Virus record (IMG/VR): IMGVR_UViG_3300045119_000148
Location: 1 to 46,788 of that record
Strand: one strand, 5' to 3'
Length of the DNA: 46,788 bases
Source of the DNA: a virus
Taxonomy: Duplodnaviria > Caudoviricetes
Below the pieces are notes generated by a model. It saw nothing but the letters and a program-made list of their open reading frames with translations, made no database searches and had not been told where the DNA came from. The position numbers and the translations under genes were made by a program. The first letter of the stretch is position 1; each line of letters begins with the position of its first letter. Positions 9,907-19,828 of this stretch are shown here, in pieces.

Positions 9907-9931
9907 GTGACAGACCTCCTGATGCGTGTGT

Positions 9932-9967
9932 CTGGGACCGGCTCACATGCCTGCCAGCCGGTCCCAG
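9932..9967 (-). terminator. Hairpin downstream of the major capsid gene (attenuator or mRNA stabiliser)
   Basis: 12-bp inverted repeat CTGGGACCGGCT / AGCCGGTCCCAG, with no strong U-tract. Confidence 0.5.
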
Positions 9968-10005
9968 TTCGTCAATCGTCCCACCGTACCCGGTGAGACG
10001 AGTGG

Positions 10006-11112
10006 CTACGTCGTCAGGTCCATCACCGCGAACCGCTGGGCCTTGATGTTGGTGGCCGGACCCATCGCCGGGGTGCCATCGACCTCGTTGGTCTTCAGCC
10101 CCCACATGCCCTTCCAGCCGACCAGCCCACGCTGGGCCAGCGGGTCGGAGTGGTCGCCACCGGGCGCAACGCGGTACGCCTGAATGGTCTGGTAGTCGCC
10201 CCAGATGAAGGCATCCGGGCCGAAGATGACGGTCTTGCTCCCGGCCACCCGGTTGGACTCGATGAACCGGACGCCCCGAAGGGTCCCGATTTCACCAGTC
10301 AGCAGCGCCTTCGCGTTGGCGTACTTCATGGTGTCGGTCCAGCCGATTTCACCGGTCTGGTTCATCAGCGCGGCGGACTCCGCCGGGTTGATGAGCGAGT
10401 GGTAGGTGCCGTCGGGGAAGGTCGGCACGTCGGCCAACTTCAGGGCGACGACCGCAGCGACCACCGACTGCGCGGCGTTGCCGGTGACACCAACGACGGT
10501 GACGCCGGTGTTCGCGCCCTGCACGAGCGCCGCCGCATCCTTCTCCGCCGTGTCGATGGCGTTCCACGCCAACTTCTCGGCGGCGATGCGGTAGAACTCG
10601 AACGGGCTGAACTGCTCCGCGAGGTCGGTGATGGCAACAATCTTGCCCTTCTGTGCCCCGGTGAACTCCTGCGTGTCCCACTGCAGACCCTCGGTCTGTG
10701 GCGGGACTCCCTCCAGCAGGGTCTCGGCAGCGCCGAGGTCCGCGAAGGAGGTGTAGCGCAACTGGTTCGTGCCGGGAACCGACGACGCCTTGATGAACTG
10801 GCCCTCCTGCAGGAAGACCGCCTTGTCCCGCAGGTTGTCGATGATGTTGCGAACGACCAGCGCCGTGACGATGTTGGCGAAGTTCGTGGCCGCGTTGGGC
10901 ACACCGGCGTAGGCCGTGCCGGTGACACCAAGGGCGGTGTCCGTACCGCCCGGCGGGGTGGCCAGTGAACCGGCAGCATCCTGACCACCGGTGTTGGCAT
11001 GGGGTGCGAGGATGAAGCCGGGGATGACTCCCTTGGCCCCACGTGCGTTGGCTGGGTAGTAGTCCGCCCAGCCGGACTCACGGGCAACGAGCCCGCCGAA
11101 GAACTGCTCCAC
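10006..11112 (-). CDS. Major capsid protein (N4-gp56-like, HK97 fold)
   Basis: Motifs LLEGVPP, GEIGTLRGVRFIESN and DPLAQRGLVGWK. Follows the scaffold gene. Confidence 0.9.
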   Translation of the reverse strand: MEQFFGGLVARESGWADYYPANARGAKGVIPGFILAPHANTGGQDAAGSLATPPGGTDTALGVTGTAYAGVPNAATNFANIVTALVVRNIIDNLRDKAVFLQEGQFIKASSVPGTNQLRYTSFADLGAAETLLEGVPPQTEGLQWDTQEFTGAQKGKIVAITDLAEQFSPFEFYRIAAEKLAWNAIDTAEKDAAALVQGANTGVTVVGVTGNAAQSVVAAVVALKLADVPTFPDGTYHSLINPAESAALMNQTGEIGWTDTMKYANAKALLTGEIGTLRGVRFIESNRVAGSKTVIFGPDAFIWGDYQTIQAYRVAPGGDHSDPLAQRGLVGWKGMWGLKTNEVDGTPAMGPATNIKAQRFAVMDLTT

Positions 11113-11132
11113 GTGCGAAGTCCCTTTCGCGG

Positions 11133-11771
11133 CTATGGCCGCTTCAGGTCGCCTCGCTCCACCGCCTTCTTCATCTCGGCTTCGAGTTCCGCCTTGTTCA
11201 TCTCACCCATCGGCTTGATGGGCAGAGGTGCAGTCCGGCGCGGGGCTGTCGGAGCGAACGTACCAGTGGATGAACCGTCGTCGTACTGGGCGTTCAACTT
11301 GGCGAGCGTGGCCTCGTCTGCCGTACTGAAGATGCTGTCTCCAGCCGGTCCGACACCACGAGCCAGTGAGGGGTACTTCGCCTTGCGCTGCTCGACGACG
11401 CGAGCCTGACGCTCGGACTCCGTGGCCCTCTTCTGTTCGTCCAGTTCCTGCCTGAGAGCCTCGACTGCTGAGTCGGTGGTCTCACCCGACTGTCCACTCG
11501 ACTGGGGACGAGGCGCGGTGGTGGCATTGAGCCGCCGTCGAAGCGCGTCGTTCTCGTCGCGGAGAGCCTGTTCCGCTGCCGCGTGTGCCCGGTCCTTCTG
11601 CGAGACCCGGTGCTTCCACTGGCTCTCGACTTCCTCGACCGTGAGGGGAACTCCGGGCGTCCCATCCGTTCCGCCTGCCCCATCAGCAGGGGGCTGGCCG
11701 TTGGGCTGGGAGGCTGAGTCTGTCCCTGACGGTGGAGTCTGGATGTCGTCCACTCGCGTTGACCTCACCAT
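11133..11771 (-). CDS. Capsid scaffolding protein
   Basis: Acidic, disordered N-terminus and coiled coils; immediately upstream of the capsid gene. Confidence 0.7.
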   Translation of the reverse strand: MVRSTRVDDIQTPPSGTDSASQPNGQPPADGAGGTDGTPGVPLTVEEVESQWKHRVSQKDRAHAAAEQALRDENDALRRRLNATTAPRPQSSGQSGETTDSAVEALRQELDEQKRATESERQARVVEQRKAKYPSLARGVGPAGDSIFSTADEATLAKLNAQYDDGSSTGTFAPTAPRRTAPLPIKPMGEMNKAELEAEMKKAVERGDLKRP

Positions 11772-11821
11772 ACACGCTGCGACCAGTCGTCTTCAAGATG
11801 GTGGTGGCAACGGGCTGGAGT

Positions 11822-14800
11822 CTACCGCACGGGCAACACGTCCTGAACGGGTGCCTGTGACTGGTCCTCGATGTTCCCACCCTGACCGGTGATGAACTGG
11901 CCCGCCGACTTCAGCAGTTCCCCGCCCATCCCCGCGACCTCGCTGACGGTGCGAATGGTGCCGAGTGGGCCGACTGCGTACTGAACGGCATCCATCGCAC
12001 CCTTGGTGTAGTCGATGGGCTTGATGGGTAGACCCTTCGCCTGCAGCGCCTCGTTGTCCAGACCCTGCTCGGCGATACGTCGCACCGGCAGCGAGGCGTT
12101 GGCCGGGATGTCGTTCGGTGTGGCGGGAAACATCATCGACATCAGCAGGAACGCCTGCTTGTTGTCGTCGAGAAACTTCTTCCACGACGGGTCGTTCTGG
12201 CTCTGGACCCTGATGGTGTCACTGATTTCACGGGCCACGTTCCACGCGAGGAACGGCGTGGTCATGCCGAACGGGCGCAGTGCGAGGAAGCGCACCATCT
12301 CGGGCAGGATTTTCCCCCACATGTACGAGGCCGGATACAGCCCGATGTAGGGGTGGTTGATGCTGCGCTCGAAGGCGCTCCGGTCGTGCTTGTAATACTG
12401 GGTCGCGTGGGCTTCCTCCCACCCGGAGCGCACCACCTGCCGTCCAGCCTGCCGCAGCACCTCCTGCTCGTTGGAGTACGGCACGGTCTCGACACCCGGT
12501 CGCTGGAACATGCGGTCCAACTTGGCCTGCATCTGGGGCGACGTGCGGATGGGCGGCATTCCACTCACCGTCCGCTGCTTCTGGGTCAACTGCAGCCAGT
12601 TGCGGAAATGCTCGAAGGCGTTGTTCATGTCGGGGTCGGTGGCCACACCCCGGTTCACCCAGTCCAAGACCTGCTGGACGAAGAACTCCTCCTGCGGCTT
12701 GCCCCACGCGCCGGGGTTCGGTGAGCCCAACCCGGCCCGCATGGCGGTGGCCCGGTTGCGCAACTGGGTGGCGGCGCTCCTGTTGGTGTGCGTGGCAGCC
12801 CGCGTCTCCAGCGCCTGAGCAGCGGTCTCGACATCGGTCGAGTACCGCTCGTACTCCCGCGTGATGGCATCGCGCAGCGACGGGTCCATGCCCGCGATGC
12901 TGAAGACGTGGATGAGTTCGTGCAGCCCGGTCAGGGCGTCGGCGGCTCCGAACCCTCGGACGACAGCGGACTGGGCTCCGGTGGGGGTGGTGGTACCAAA
13001 GACCTGTCCGCCTCGCTTGTCTTCGAGGGTGGTGGTGATGGGGTCACCGAGGACGGCTCGGCGGGTGTTCTTGGGGGCGACTTCGTTGAGCCCCCACTGG
13101 ACACGCTCGTCGTGCGCGGCGCGAAGACGGTCGAGGACTGCCCCATCGGGGGCGACTCCCCGTGATGCAAGACGACTGAGCGTGGCATCGAGATGTCCTC
13201 CCCAATCCGGTTCACCGTTGACGATGGCGGGTCCAGCCTTGTACGTCTTGCCGTAGTCCACCCACATGTCGGTGTCCAGACCCTCTTGGTCGAGCCCCTT
13301 CTGCGCGGCTTCGACCATTGACCTCACATAGTCCTCGTCCACCGTCCCATCGTCGAGCCGGGGCAGCGAGTGCTGGTCGTCGATGAACGAAATCTGCCAC
13401 GTGTGGTTCGGCATCTCGATGGCGGTCGCGCCCCGGATGTCGTCACGGATGGACGCCAGTCCCTGCGCCACGTGCTGCGCATCGCTGAATGACTGCAGGC
13501 TGCTGGACGGGAACGAGAGCGTCACCCGCGCATCGTGGTCGGCAGCATCGACACCCGCCGTGACGGCATCCACCGGGCTGAAGTGCCAGACCTCGCGCTG
13601 GCGCATGACGTACGACATGATGTCGGCGAGGTCGTTGCCCCGTATCGCGCTGCTGAGCATGGTCAGTGGGACCAACGGCTGCGGCGTGTCGGCGTCCCAG
13701 AACCCGATGCCCCGGTCGTCCAGCCCATCCACGACGATGCCGAAGTTGTCGCGCATGTCCTGCATCAGCCCGACCTGCACACCACGCATGAAGGCGTGAC
13801 GCTCGGCCCGGTTGGCTGGCTCGTTGAGCAGGTCGAGGACCGGGTTGGCCCACGACATCGTCGTCCCCTCGGGGAAGTAGATGTTGGCCGGGATGGTGCG
13901 CAACTGGCTGGCCACGTCCTGTGCGGGCATCGAGGTCGCCACCCGGCCACGCACCTCGCGGGCCTTGCCCGCCATCAGCGCCATGTCGGCAGCGGTCCAG
14001 ACCTTGTACCCGCCCAAGCCCTCGGCGTTCGCAGCCTTGGCCATCGCGTTGTAGTAGCCGACGAGGTAGGCGTGCGTCTCGTCGCTCTTCGAGGTGAGGG
14101 TCAGGCCGGTGGTGTCAACGCCGTTCTCCTTCAGGTCAGCCAGCGTCTCGGGCGTGACGTAGCCCGCACCCTCGTACGCCGCGTCGTCCGCAACGATGGG
14201 CATGGACCCGTCCATGCGCCCAATCGCTCGCCGGTTGCTGTTGCCCAAGAGAACGTCCATCGCGTCGTTGATGTCGGGCGGGACGTTGGGCACGTCGAAC
14301 GGGTACTTCAGCCCACGCAGCAGGTGCTGCGTCTGGAGTAGCGCGACCTGCGCATCCTTGCTCTCACGCTCGGCAGCCATCTCCGTGGCCGGGCGGAGCC
14401 CGCGCTGCCACGCCTGCTCCAGCGTATGGATGAAGAGGGTGACCGCGCCCCGCCCACCCCGTGAGGGCATCGCCGCTGCGATGGACGCCAACGCCCGCGT
14501 GTCGTTGCTGTTGAACACCTCGTCGGGGTCGAACCGCACACCATGCTCGTCGGCAGTGTCGGAGGTGTGCATCAACTCTTCGATGCGATAGCGGGTGTCG
14601 TCCCACGCCTCGGAGAAGGACGGCAGTTGGTCCTCGTCGATGACCGCCTTGATGTCCTCCAGCCCCTGCTCGGGCGTGATGCGCCCGAACCTGCGCTGGC
14701 CCACCACGACGGTGCCCTCGGGCGGGCGGGCTGCCTCGGCCTTGGCAATCTCCTCCTGCGCCACCTCGCGCAAGCCCTCCTGCGTCTCGGGTCGGGCACG

Positions 14801-17800
14801 TGTGGTCAGGTCGATGAGCGCCGCCGGGTCGGTGGCGGCAAGGTGCTGGGCGTAGGCGACGTTGCGCTCGTGGATGGGCGGGTCGCCAAGCATCAGGCGG
14901 TTCACGCCCGTGACGCGAGCCTCGCCGTCGGGCACAACCGTGAGGTGGATGATGTTGCCACCACCGTAGGCCCGTGGCTTGTCCTCCCGCCTGATGATGC
15001 GGAAGGGCTGGTCCCTCGGGAGCAGGTGTTCGCCCTCGTAGCCCTCGATGAGGTTCATGTGGTACCCGGCGGGCAGTTCGTAGTGGATGATGACGCCCTG
15101 ATGGTTGGCCCCACTCTGGAACTTGTGGCCACCGCCCTCGGCGAAGTCCATCGCCGACGACTCGTCATTGCTCGTTGAGACGAATGCCGGGTCCTGCAGG
15201 ATTTCACCGGGCTGCTTGTCGAACTCGGGCCGGATGTCGGTGCCCCACTCGTCCATCGCTCGGCTGATGTTGACCCCACGGTGGAACGTCCCCGGCTCGC
15301 GTAGCACGCCCTTCTGGATGGAGTGGTCGAGATACTCGACCAGTTGCTGGATGCGCTCGTCATCGAGGTGGATGGCGTCAGGGTCGAGTTCGAGCCCGCG
15401 CAGGAAGGTGTTGATGTTGGCGTAGATGGAGCCCTTGTAGTCCTCGGTCGCGCCCTGCTCCGCGATGGTGAGCATCTTCTTGAAGTCGATGGTCCACGGC
15501 GAGGTCGCACCCGCCTCACCGCCCTGCTGGAACAGTTCGTCCAGCCACGGCATCTGCTGGTAGCCCTCACGGAGGGCAGGCGTAGGAACCCCCTTCACCT
15601 CACCGACAGCCTGCTGGATGGGGACCCAGCCGTTCTCGGTGTAGACCTCCATCGGGACATCCCCGTAGTTGAGGTCTTGGCTGAGCAGGTAGTCGTGGGA
15701 CTTCTGGCGCTTCAGGTTGGTGGCCGGATGCTCCCGCTCGGCCTCGACTGCGCTGCGGTCAAAGCGGATGAGGTGCTGCGCGGAGGCGTCGTAGTTGGCA
15801 ATGGCACGCAGGGGATTGGTGCCGACCTGCTCGTACTGGGTCCCGATGGCACCAGAGCCGATGCCCTTGGCGGCGAACTTCAGGTTCTCCATCGTCTGCT
15901 CGGTGACGGGAATGTAGAGCAGGTCCCGGTTCTCGGACCCAGCCGTGATGGCATCGACGTGCTTCTGCAACTCGGGCGGCAACGAGTCGGCCACCCCGCC
16001 GTTGATGGAGTGACGGATGAGCCACGTCTTGTACGGCTTGTCGCCACCCTCGTTCTTCAGGATGGCGTGACCGATGTCGGACCGAACGTCGGTCAGCGCC
16101 TGTGGGGGCAACACCCCAGCGTCCACCGCCCAGCGCGGGATGTCATCGAAGTGGAGCCGGATGAACTCCTCCTCGGTGAGGTTCTTGCCAGCGGCTGCTC
16201 CCTGCACGAACGCCCGCGTGGCCTTGATGACGGCATCACGTGCGCGGCGAGTGGCCACCGCCGTCGGCCCGGTCAGTCCCCGGAGATACGTCGCACGGTG
16301 GCCGCGCCAGAACTCATCCACCGTCTGCCCTGTCGCCAGCCGCCAGATGTCCTCGGCTGCCTTGTCGCTGACCTTGCCCACGTGGGTGTCCATCCCGGCA
16401 CGGCTGACCTCGCTCAGCCAGTCGTCCTTGGTCATCGCCCGGAGGTCGCGCTGCAGCGCCTCGCCCGACGCCAGCCCCTCGGACTCCCGTGTGTCCAATC
16501 CCTGCTCGGTGCGAACGTGGTCGAGCAGTTGCTCCACGTCGCCGAACGTGTAGTCGCCCCGCCGGGAGCCGTCGGTGGTGAGACGAATGCGCCCCTGTCC
16601 CACGTTCTTCAGGTTGAGCAGGTCGTGGGTGAGACCAATCGCGTGACCGTCCTTGTCGGCCAGCGACAGGTTGGCTGCCAGCCAGCGTTCGGCAATCTCG
16701 GCCCGGTCCACCGTGCCGTACTCGTAGGCGAGGTCGCCCCAGTTGCGCTCGAACTGGTCACCCCAGATTTCATGGAACGCGGCGTACAGGTTGTCGCCGA
16801 TGATGCGCCGTGCCTCCATGCCAGCGGCTGCCTGCTTGCGCTCGGCGATGGCTGGCTTGGTGCCCTTGATGCGGCCCCAGACACTGCCCGCCCCGAAGTG
16901 GCTGCGGGCCTCGGCGGCTTGGTAGATGCGCATGGCGTTCATCTCGGCGTTCTCAGCCAAGAGACCGTCGGGCTCACGTGAGGCGAACACGTACTGGCGG
17001 ATGGCGTTGTACGTCGCCAGCCCCTGCTGGTACTTCGCGGCGTCCCGGCGCAGCGGCAGGGGGACGCCGCGCATGTAGTCGAGGATGTACGGCTCGACCA
17101 ACTCCATCGACATGAACACCGGGTTCAGCGTGAAGCGCATGAGCGGGTACAACTTCTCCGACAACTGGCCCCAGTAGTTGCCTGCCGCGCCGGGCGCTCG
17201 GGCCTTGACCATGCCGGTGAACTTCTGGGTTGCCCCCACCAGCGACACGTCGCCCTCCATCGCCCGGAGGAAACCCGTGACGACCTGACGCTCGGTGAGT
17301 TTGGAGGCGACGTTGCCGTACACCGACGTGTTGCCCTTCACGTCTTCGAGGACACCGTGAACGGCGTCCATCATCTGGTCGGGCGACATGCCCCGTGGGA
17401 GCAACCGGCCTTCCTGCGCCTCGAACATCAGCGCCTTGAACAGCCTGTCGGCGAGAGCAGGCGGCAGGGCGATGTTGCCCGACTCCTTCGACGCCATGTC
17501 GGTGATGAACCGGCGGCGTTGGTTCCACAGGATGCGCTCGCCCCGGATGCCCCTGAACATCGACATGTTCATGGACTGCCAGCGGCTCACCCGCTTGGCT
17601 GCCGGGATGCCGTCCGCCCAGAACTGCAGCCACGGCTGCGCGTTCTTGATGCCGCCGTCGGCGTTGTGGGTGATACGCCACTGGGCGTCGAGCGGTGCAT
17701 TCTCGGGGATGCCGTTGGCGAGGCCGTACTCGAAGTTCGAGCCGTCCTTCACCCAGTCCTGCAGTTCCTGCGGGATGTCGGTGCGGATGTTCCCGGCTGC

Positions 17801-19828
17801 GTCCTTCAGGTTGATTTCCTGCGGCAGCGACGAGCGGTTGGTATCGAGGTAGTCCCGCACGTCGTGGATGAGGTCGGCGTCCTTGACGGTCTGCCGGTTC
17901 ATCCAGTTGAAGTCGTCGTAGTTCTCGGTGAATGCCCTCACCTTGGCCACGTCGCCAGCCTTGATGGCGGCGTCCAGTTCCTTCACCCGCAGGTTGGTCA
18001 GGGTGCGGGGCGTAATCATCGTGATGTCGTGCGGGTCGATGTCCTTCGGCAGCACGCCTCGGGCAGCAGCATCGTGGATGGCAGCCATCACGTTGGTGTG
18101 CAGCACCTTGCCCTTGGTGTAGTAGTACAGCCCGTGGACGGCCATCGCCATGTCGGCGGAGACCTTGCCCACACGAGCCGCCACCTTGGCTGGGTCCACC
18201 TGCAGGATGGCAGCCAACTTGTTGACGGTCTGCTCGCGCATCTGGTCGGCGGGCAGGGACGCGACCCGGATGTCCTTGGTCTTCTCGACCTGCGTCTCGA
18301 TGTACTTCCCGATGTTGGTGTCGTACGCCCCACCGGCCAACTGCGCCCGCGTGGCCTCGGCGGTGTTCAGGGTCGGGTGCTTGGGGATGGCGTTGACGCG
18401 AGCCGCGTCGTTGGCTGTCTCGCCCGCCACTGTCTCCTGCATCCCGTTCGCGCCCCACGTTCCGACCGCCTCCATGATGCGGTCGCCGCCATCGGTGGCG
18501 AGGTCGTCAGCGATGGACGTGAGGTCGCGCACGACGTTGGGCTTCAGCGCCGCGACGACCGCCGTGGACGCCGCCATGTGCAGGGCTTCCATCGACCGCT
18601 GCGCAGCCCGCGACCCGCTGAAGAAGTTGATGGGGTCGCTGGCCTTGGCAATCTTGTCGGCCACCTTGTAGACGATGTTCTGGGTCGCCGTGTCGCTGAT
18701 GGGACCGAGGGCGCTCGTCCCGATGCGCTCCGAAATCTTCAACTTCAGGTGGTTGGGAACGTCCTCGCCGTTGCCCACACGGTCGAGCAGGTCGTGGTTG
18801 ACGGCCTGCTTCATCACGCTCAGGTCGCCACGCGACAGGTTGACCGCACTCAGGTCTTGCCCGTCCTGCGCCAGACGAGCAAGTTCGCCCACCCGCGTGC
18901 CGTCCCCCGCCAGCGCGGCGACCGTGCTGCCCTCGCGTGCTGCAGCCGACGAGAAAATGCGGGCGATGTCAGCCGTTCCCTCCACGGCACCGGCCACCGC
19001 ACCCACGCCCAGCGATGCCCAGTTCACGGGGTCAGTCAGGATTGACCACACCGTGTTGGCAATCGGGTCGTTCGTGAAGCCGCGCTGTGACAGGACCAGT
19101 TCATCCAAGGCCCGGTCACGGGTCCACTCGCCCGAGTCAATCTTCTGCTGGATGTCGTCGGGCAGCGCCCCACGCGCACCAGACATCCCGGCGTACGTCC
19201 GCTGGATGGCCTCACCGACCAGACCGGGGATGTTGAGGATGGACTGGAACGCCCCGCCCAAGTTGGTCGGTATCTTCAGTGTGTCGCGCAGGATGTACGG
19301 GGTGAACTGCTCGATTTGACTGTTGGCCGCGTCGATGATTGGTGCGAGGAACGGCACGCTCTGGATGCCCACCCCGCCAGCGATGGACAGCGGTGCCTCG
19401 ATGGTCTTGCCGATGTCGGCCCCGATGGTCTGGCCTGCCTCGCCCTGCCCCAAGATGCCGCCGACCGTTGACCCCACCGCACCCAGCAGTCCGGCGAACA
19501 GCCCGCCGGGCGTACTCGGCGAGTAGTACCGGGCCACCGACCCCAGCGGACTGTTGTCCTGCGCCGGGTCGATGGGGATGGGCGAGTTCATGCGCGAGGT
19601 AGAGAGCGGGTCGAGGAGATTGATGTCCTCCTTGCCCACACTAGCGAACTGGCGGACCTGCGTGTTGCCGTCAGCCGGACCGTAGTAGACCGCACTGCCG
19701 CCGTTGCGGGTCGAGACCGGCCCCAAGCCGTACGAACTGGCGGGTGCGTTCGAGCCCGACCCGAAGCCGAACCCCCCACCCGAGGTGGAGGCTGCCGCGT
19801 TCGCGCCCCACGTCCCGCCGAGGGTCAC
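11822..19828 (-). CDS. Giant (2668 aa) polyvalent internal virion/ejection protein with ADP-ribosyltransferase and HExxH metallopeptidase-like domains
   Basis: VIP2-like ART segment YKGSIYANINTFLRG..FHRG..FVSTS..YEGEHLLPRD at about 14930-15460. GLHELIH..EEFF at about 12680-12925. Located in the head module. Confidence 0.75.
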   Translation of the reverse strand: MTLGGTWGANAAASTSGGGFGFGSGSNAPASSYGLGPVSTRNGGSAVYYGPADGNTQVRQFASVGKEDINLLDPLSTSRMNSPIPIDPAQDNSPLGSVARYYSPSTPGGLFAGLLGAVGSTVGGILGQGEAGQTIGADIGKTIEAPLSIAGGVGIQSVPFLAPIIDAANSQIEQFTPYILRDTLKIPTNLGGAFQSILNIPGLVGEAIQRTYAGMSGARGALPDDIQQKIDSGEWTRDRALDELVLSQRGFTNDPIANTVWSILTDPVNWASLGVGAVAGAVEGTADIARIFSSAAAREGSTVAALAGDGTRVGELARLAQDGQDLSAVNLSRGDLSVMKQAVNHDLLDRVGNGEDVPNHLKLKISERIGTSALGPISDTATQNIVYKVADKIAKASDPINFFSGSRAAQRSMEALHMAASTAVVAALKPNVVRDLTSIADDLATDGGDRIMEAVGTWGANGMQETVAGETANDAARVNAIPKHPTLNTAEATRAQLAGGAYDTNIGKYIETQVEKTKDIRVASLPADQMREQTVNKLAAILQVDPAKVAARVGKVSADMAMAVHGLYYYTKGKVLHTNVMAAIHDAAARGVLPKDIDPHDITMITPRTLTNLRVKELDAAIKAGDVAKVRAFTENYDDFNWMNRQTVKDADLIHDVRDYLDTNRSSLPQEINLKDAAGNIRTDIPQELQDWVKDGSNFEYGLANGIPENAPLDAQWRITHNADGGIKNAQPWLQFWADGIPAAKRVSRWQSMNMSMFRGIRGERILWNQRRRFITDMASKESGNIALPPALADRLFKALMFEAQEGRLLPRGMSPDQMMDAVHGVLEDVKGNTSVYGNVASKLTERQVVTGFLRAMEGDVSLVGATQKFTGMVKARAPGAAGNYWGQLSEKLYPLMRFTLNPVFMSMELVEPYILDYMRGVPLPLRRDAAKYQQGLATYNAIRQYVFASREPDGLLAENAEMNAMRIYQAAEARSHFGAGSVWGRIKGTKPAIAERKQAAAGMEARRIIGDNLYAAFHEIWGDQFERNWGDLAYEYGTVDRAEIAERWLAANLSLADKDGHAIGLTHDLLNLKNVGQGRIRLTTDGSRRGDYTFGDVEQLLDHVRTEQGLDTRESEGLASGEALQRDLRAMTKDDWLSEVSRAGMDTHVGKVSDKAAEDIWRLATGQTVDEFWRGHRATYLRGLTGPTAVATRRARDAVIKATRAFVQGAAAGKNLTEEEFIRLHFDDIPRWAVDAGVLPPQALTDVRSDIGHAILKNEGGDKPYKTWLIRHSINGGVADSLPPELQKHVDAITAGSENRDLLYIPVTEQTMENLKFAAKGIGSGAIGTQYEQVGTNPLRAIANYDASAQHLIRFDRSAVEAEREHPATNLKRQKSHDYLLSQDLNYGDVPMEVYTENGWVPIQQAVGEVKGVPTPALREGYQQMPWLDELFQQGGEAGATSPWTIDFKKMLTIAEQGATEDYKGSIYANINTFLRGLELDPDAIHLDDERIQQLVEYLDHSIQKGVLREPGTFHRGVNISRAMDEWGTDIRPEFDKQPGEILQDPAFVSTSNDESSAMDFAEGGGHKFQSGANHQGVIIHYELPAGYHMNLIEGYEGEHLLPRDQPFRIIRREDKPRAYGGGNIIHLTVVPDGEARVTGVNRLMLGDPPIHERNVAYAQHLAATDPAALIDLTTRARPETQEGLREVAQEEIAKAEAARPPEGTVVVGQRRFGRITPEQGLEDIKAVIDEDQLPSFSEAWDDTRYRIEELMHTSDTADEHGVRFDPDEVFNSNDTRALASIAAAMPSRGGRGAVTLFIHTLEQAWQRGLRPATEMAAERESKDAQVALLQTQHLLRGLKYPFDVPNVPPDINDAMDVLLGNSNRRAIGRMDGSMPIVADDAAYEGAGYVTPETLADLKENGVDTTGLTLTSKSDETHAYLVGYYNAMAKAANAEGLGGYKVWTAADMALMAGKAREVRGRVATSMPAQDVASQLRTIPANIYFPEGTTMSWANPVLDLLNEPANRAERHAFMRGVQVGLMQDMRDNFGIVVDGLDDRGIGFWDADTPQPLVPLTMLSSAIRGNDLADIMSYVMRQREVWHFSPVDAVTAGVDAADHDARVTLSFPSSSLQSFSDAQHVAQGLASIRDDIRGATAIEMPNHTWQISFIDDQHSLPRLDDGTVDEDYVRSMVEAAQKGLDQEGLDTDMWVDYGKTYKAGPAIVNGEPDWGGHLDATLSRLASRGVAPDGAVLDRLRAAHDERVQWGLNEVAPKNTRRAVLGDPITTTLEDKRGGQVFGTTTPTGAQSAVVRGFGAADALTGLHELIHVFSIAGMDPSLRDAITREYERYSTDVETAAQALETRAATHTNRSAATQLRNRATAMRAGLGSPNPGAWGKPQEEFFVQQVLDWVNRGVATDPDMNNAFEHFRNWLQLTQKQRTVSGMPPIRTSPQMQAKLDRMFQRPGVETVPYSNEQEVLRQAGRQVVRSGWEEAHATQYYKHDRSAFERSINHPYIGLYPASYMWGKILPEMVRFLALRPFGMTTPFLAWNVAREISDTIRVQSQNDPSWKKFLDDNKQAFLLMSMMFPATPNDIPANASLPVRRIAEQGLDNEALQAKGLPIKPIDYTKGAMDAVQYAVGPLGTIRTVSEVAGMGGELLKSAGQFITGQGGNIEDQSQAPVQDVLPVR

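Noticed and set aside
11822-19828. Virion RNA polymerase (N4-like) or tape measure protein
   Set aside because: I saw no T7-like or DxDGD polymerase motifs, and no TMP-like periodicity or tail-module position. A highly diverged polymerase cannot be fully excluded without structure prediction.
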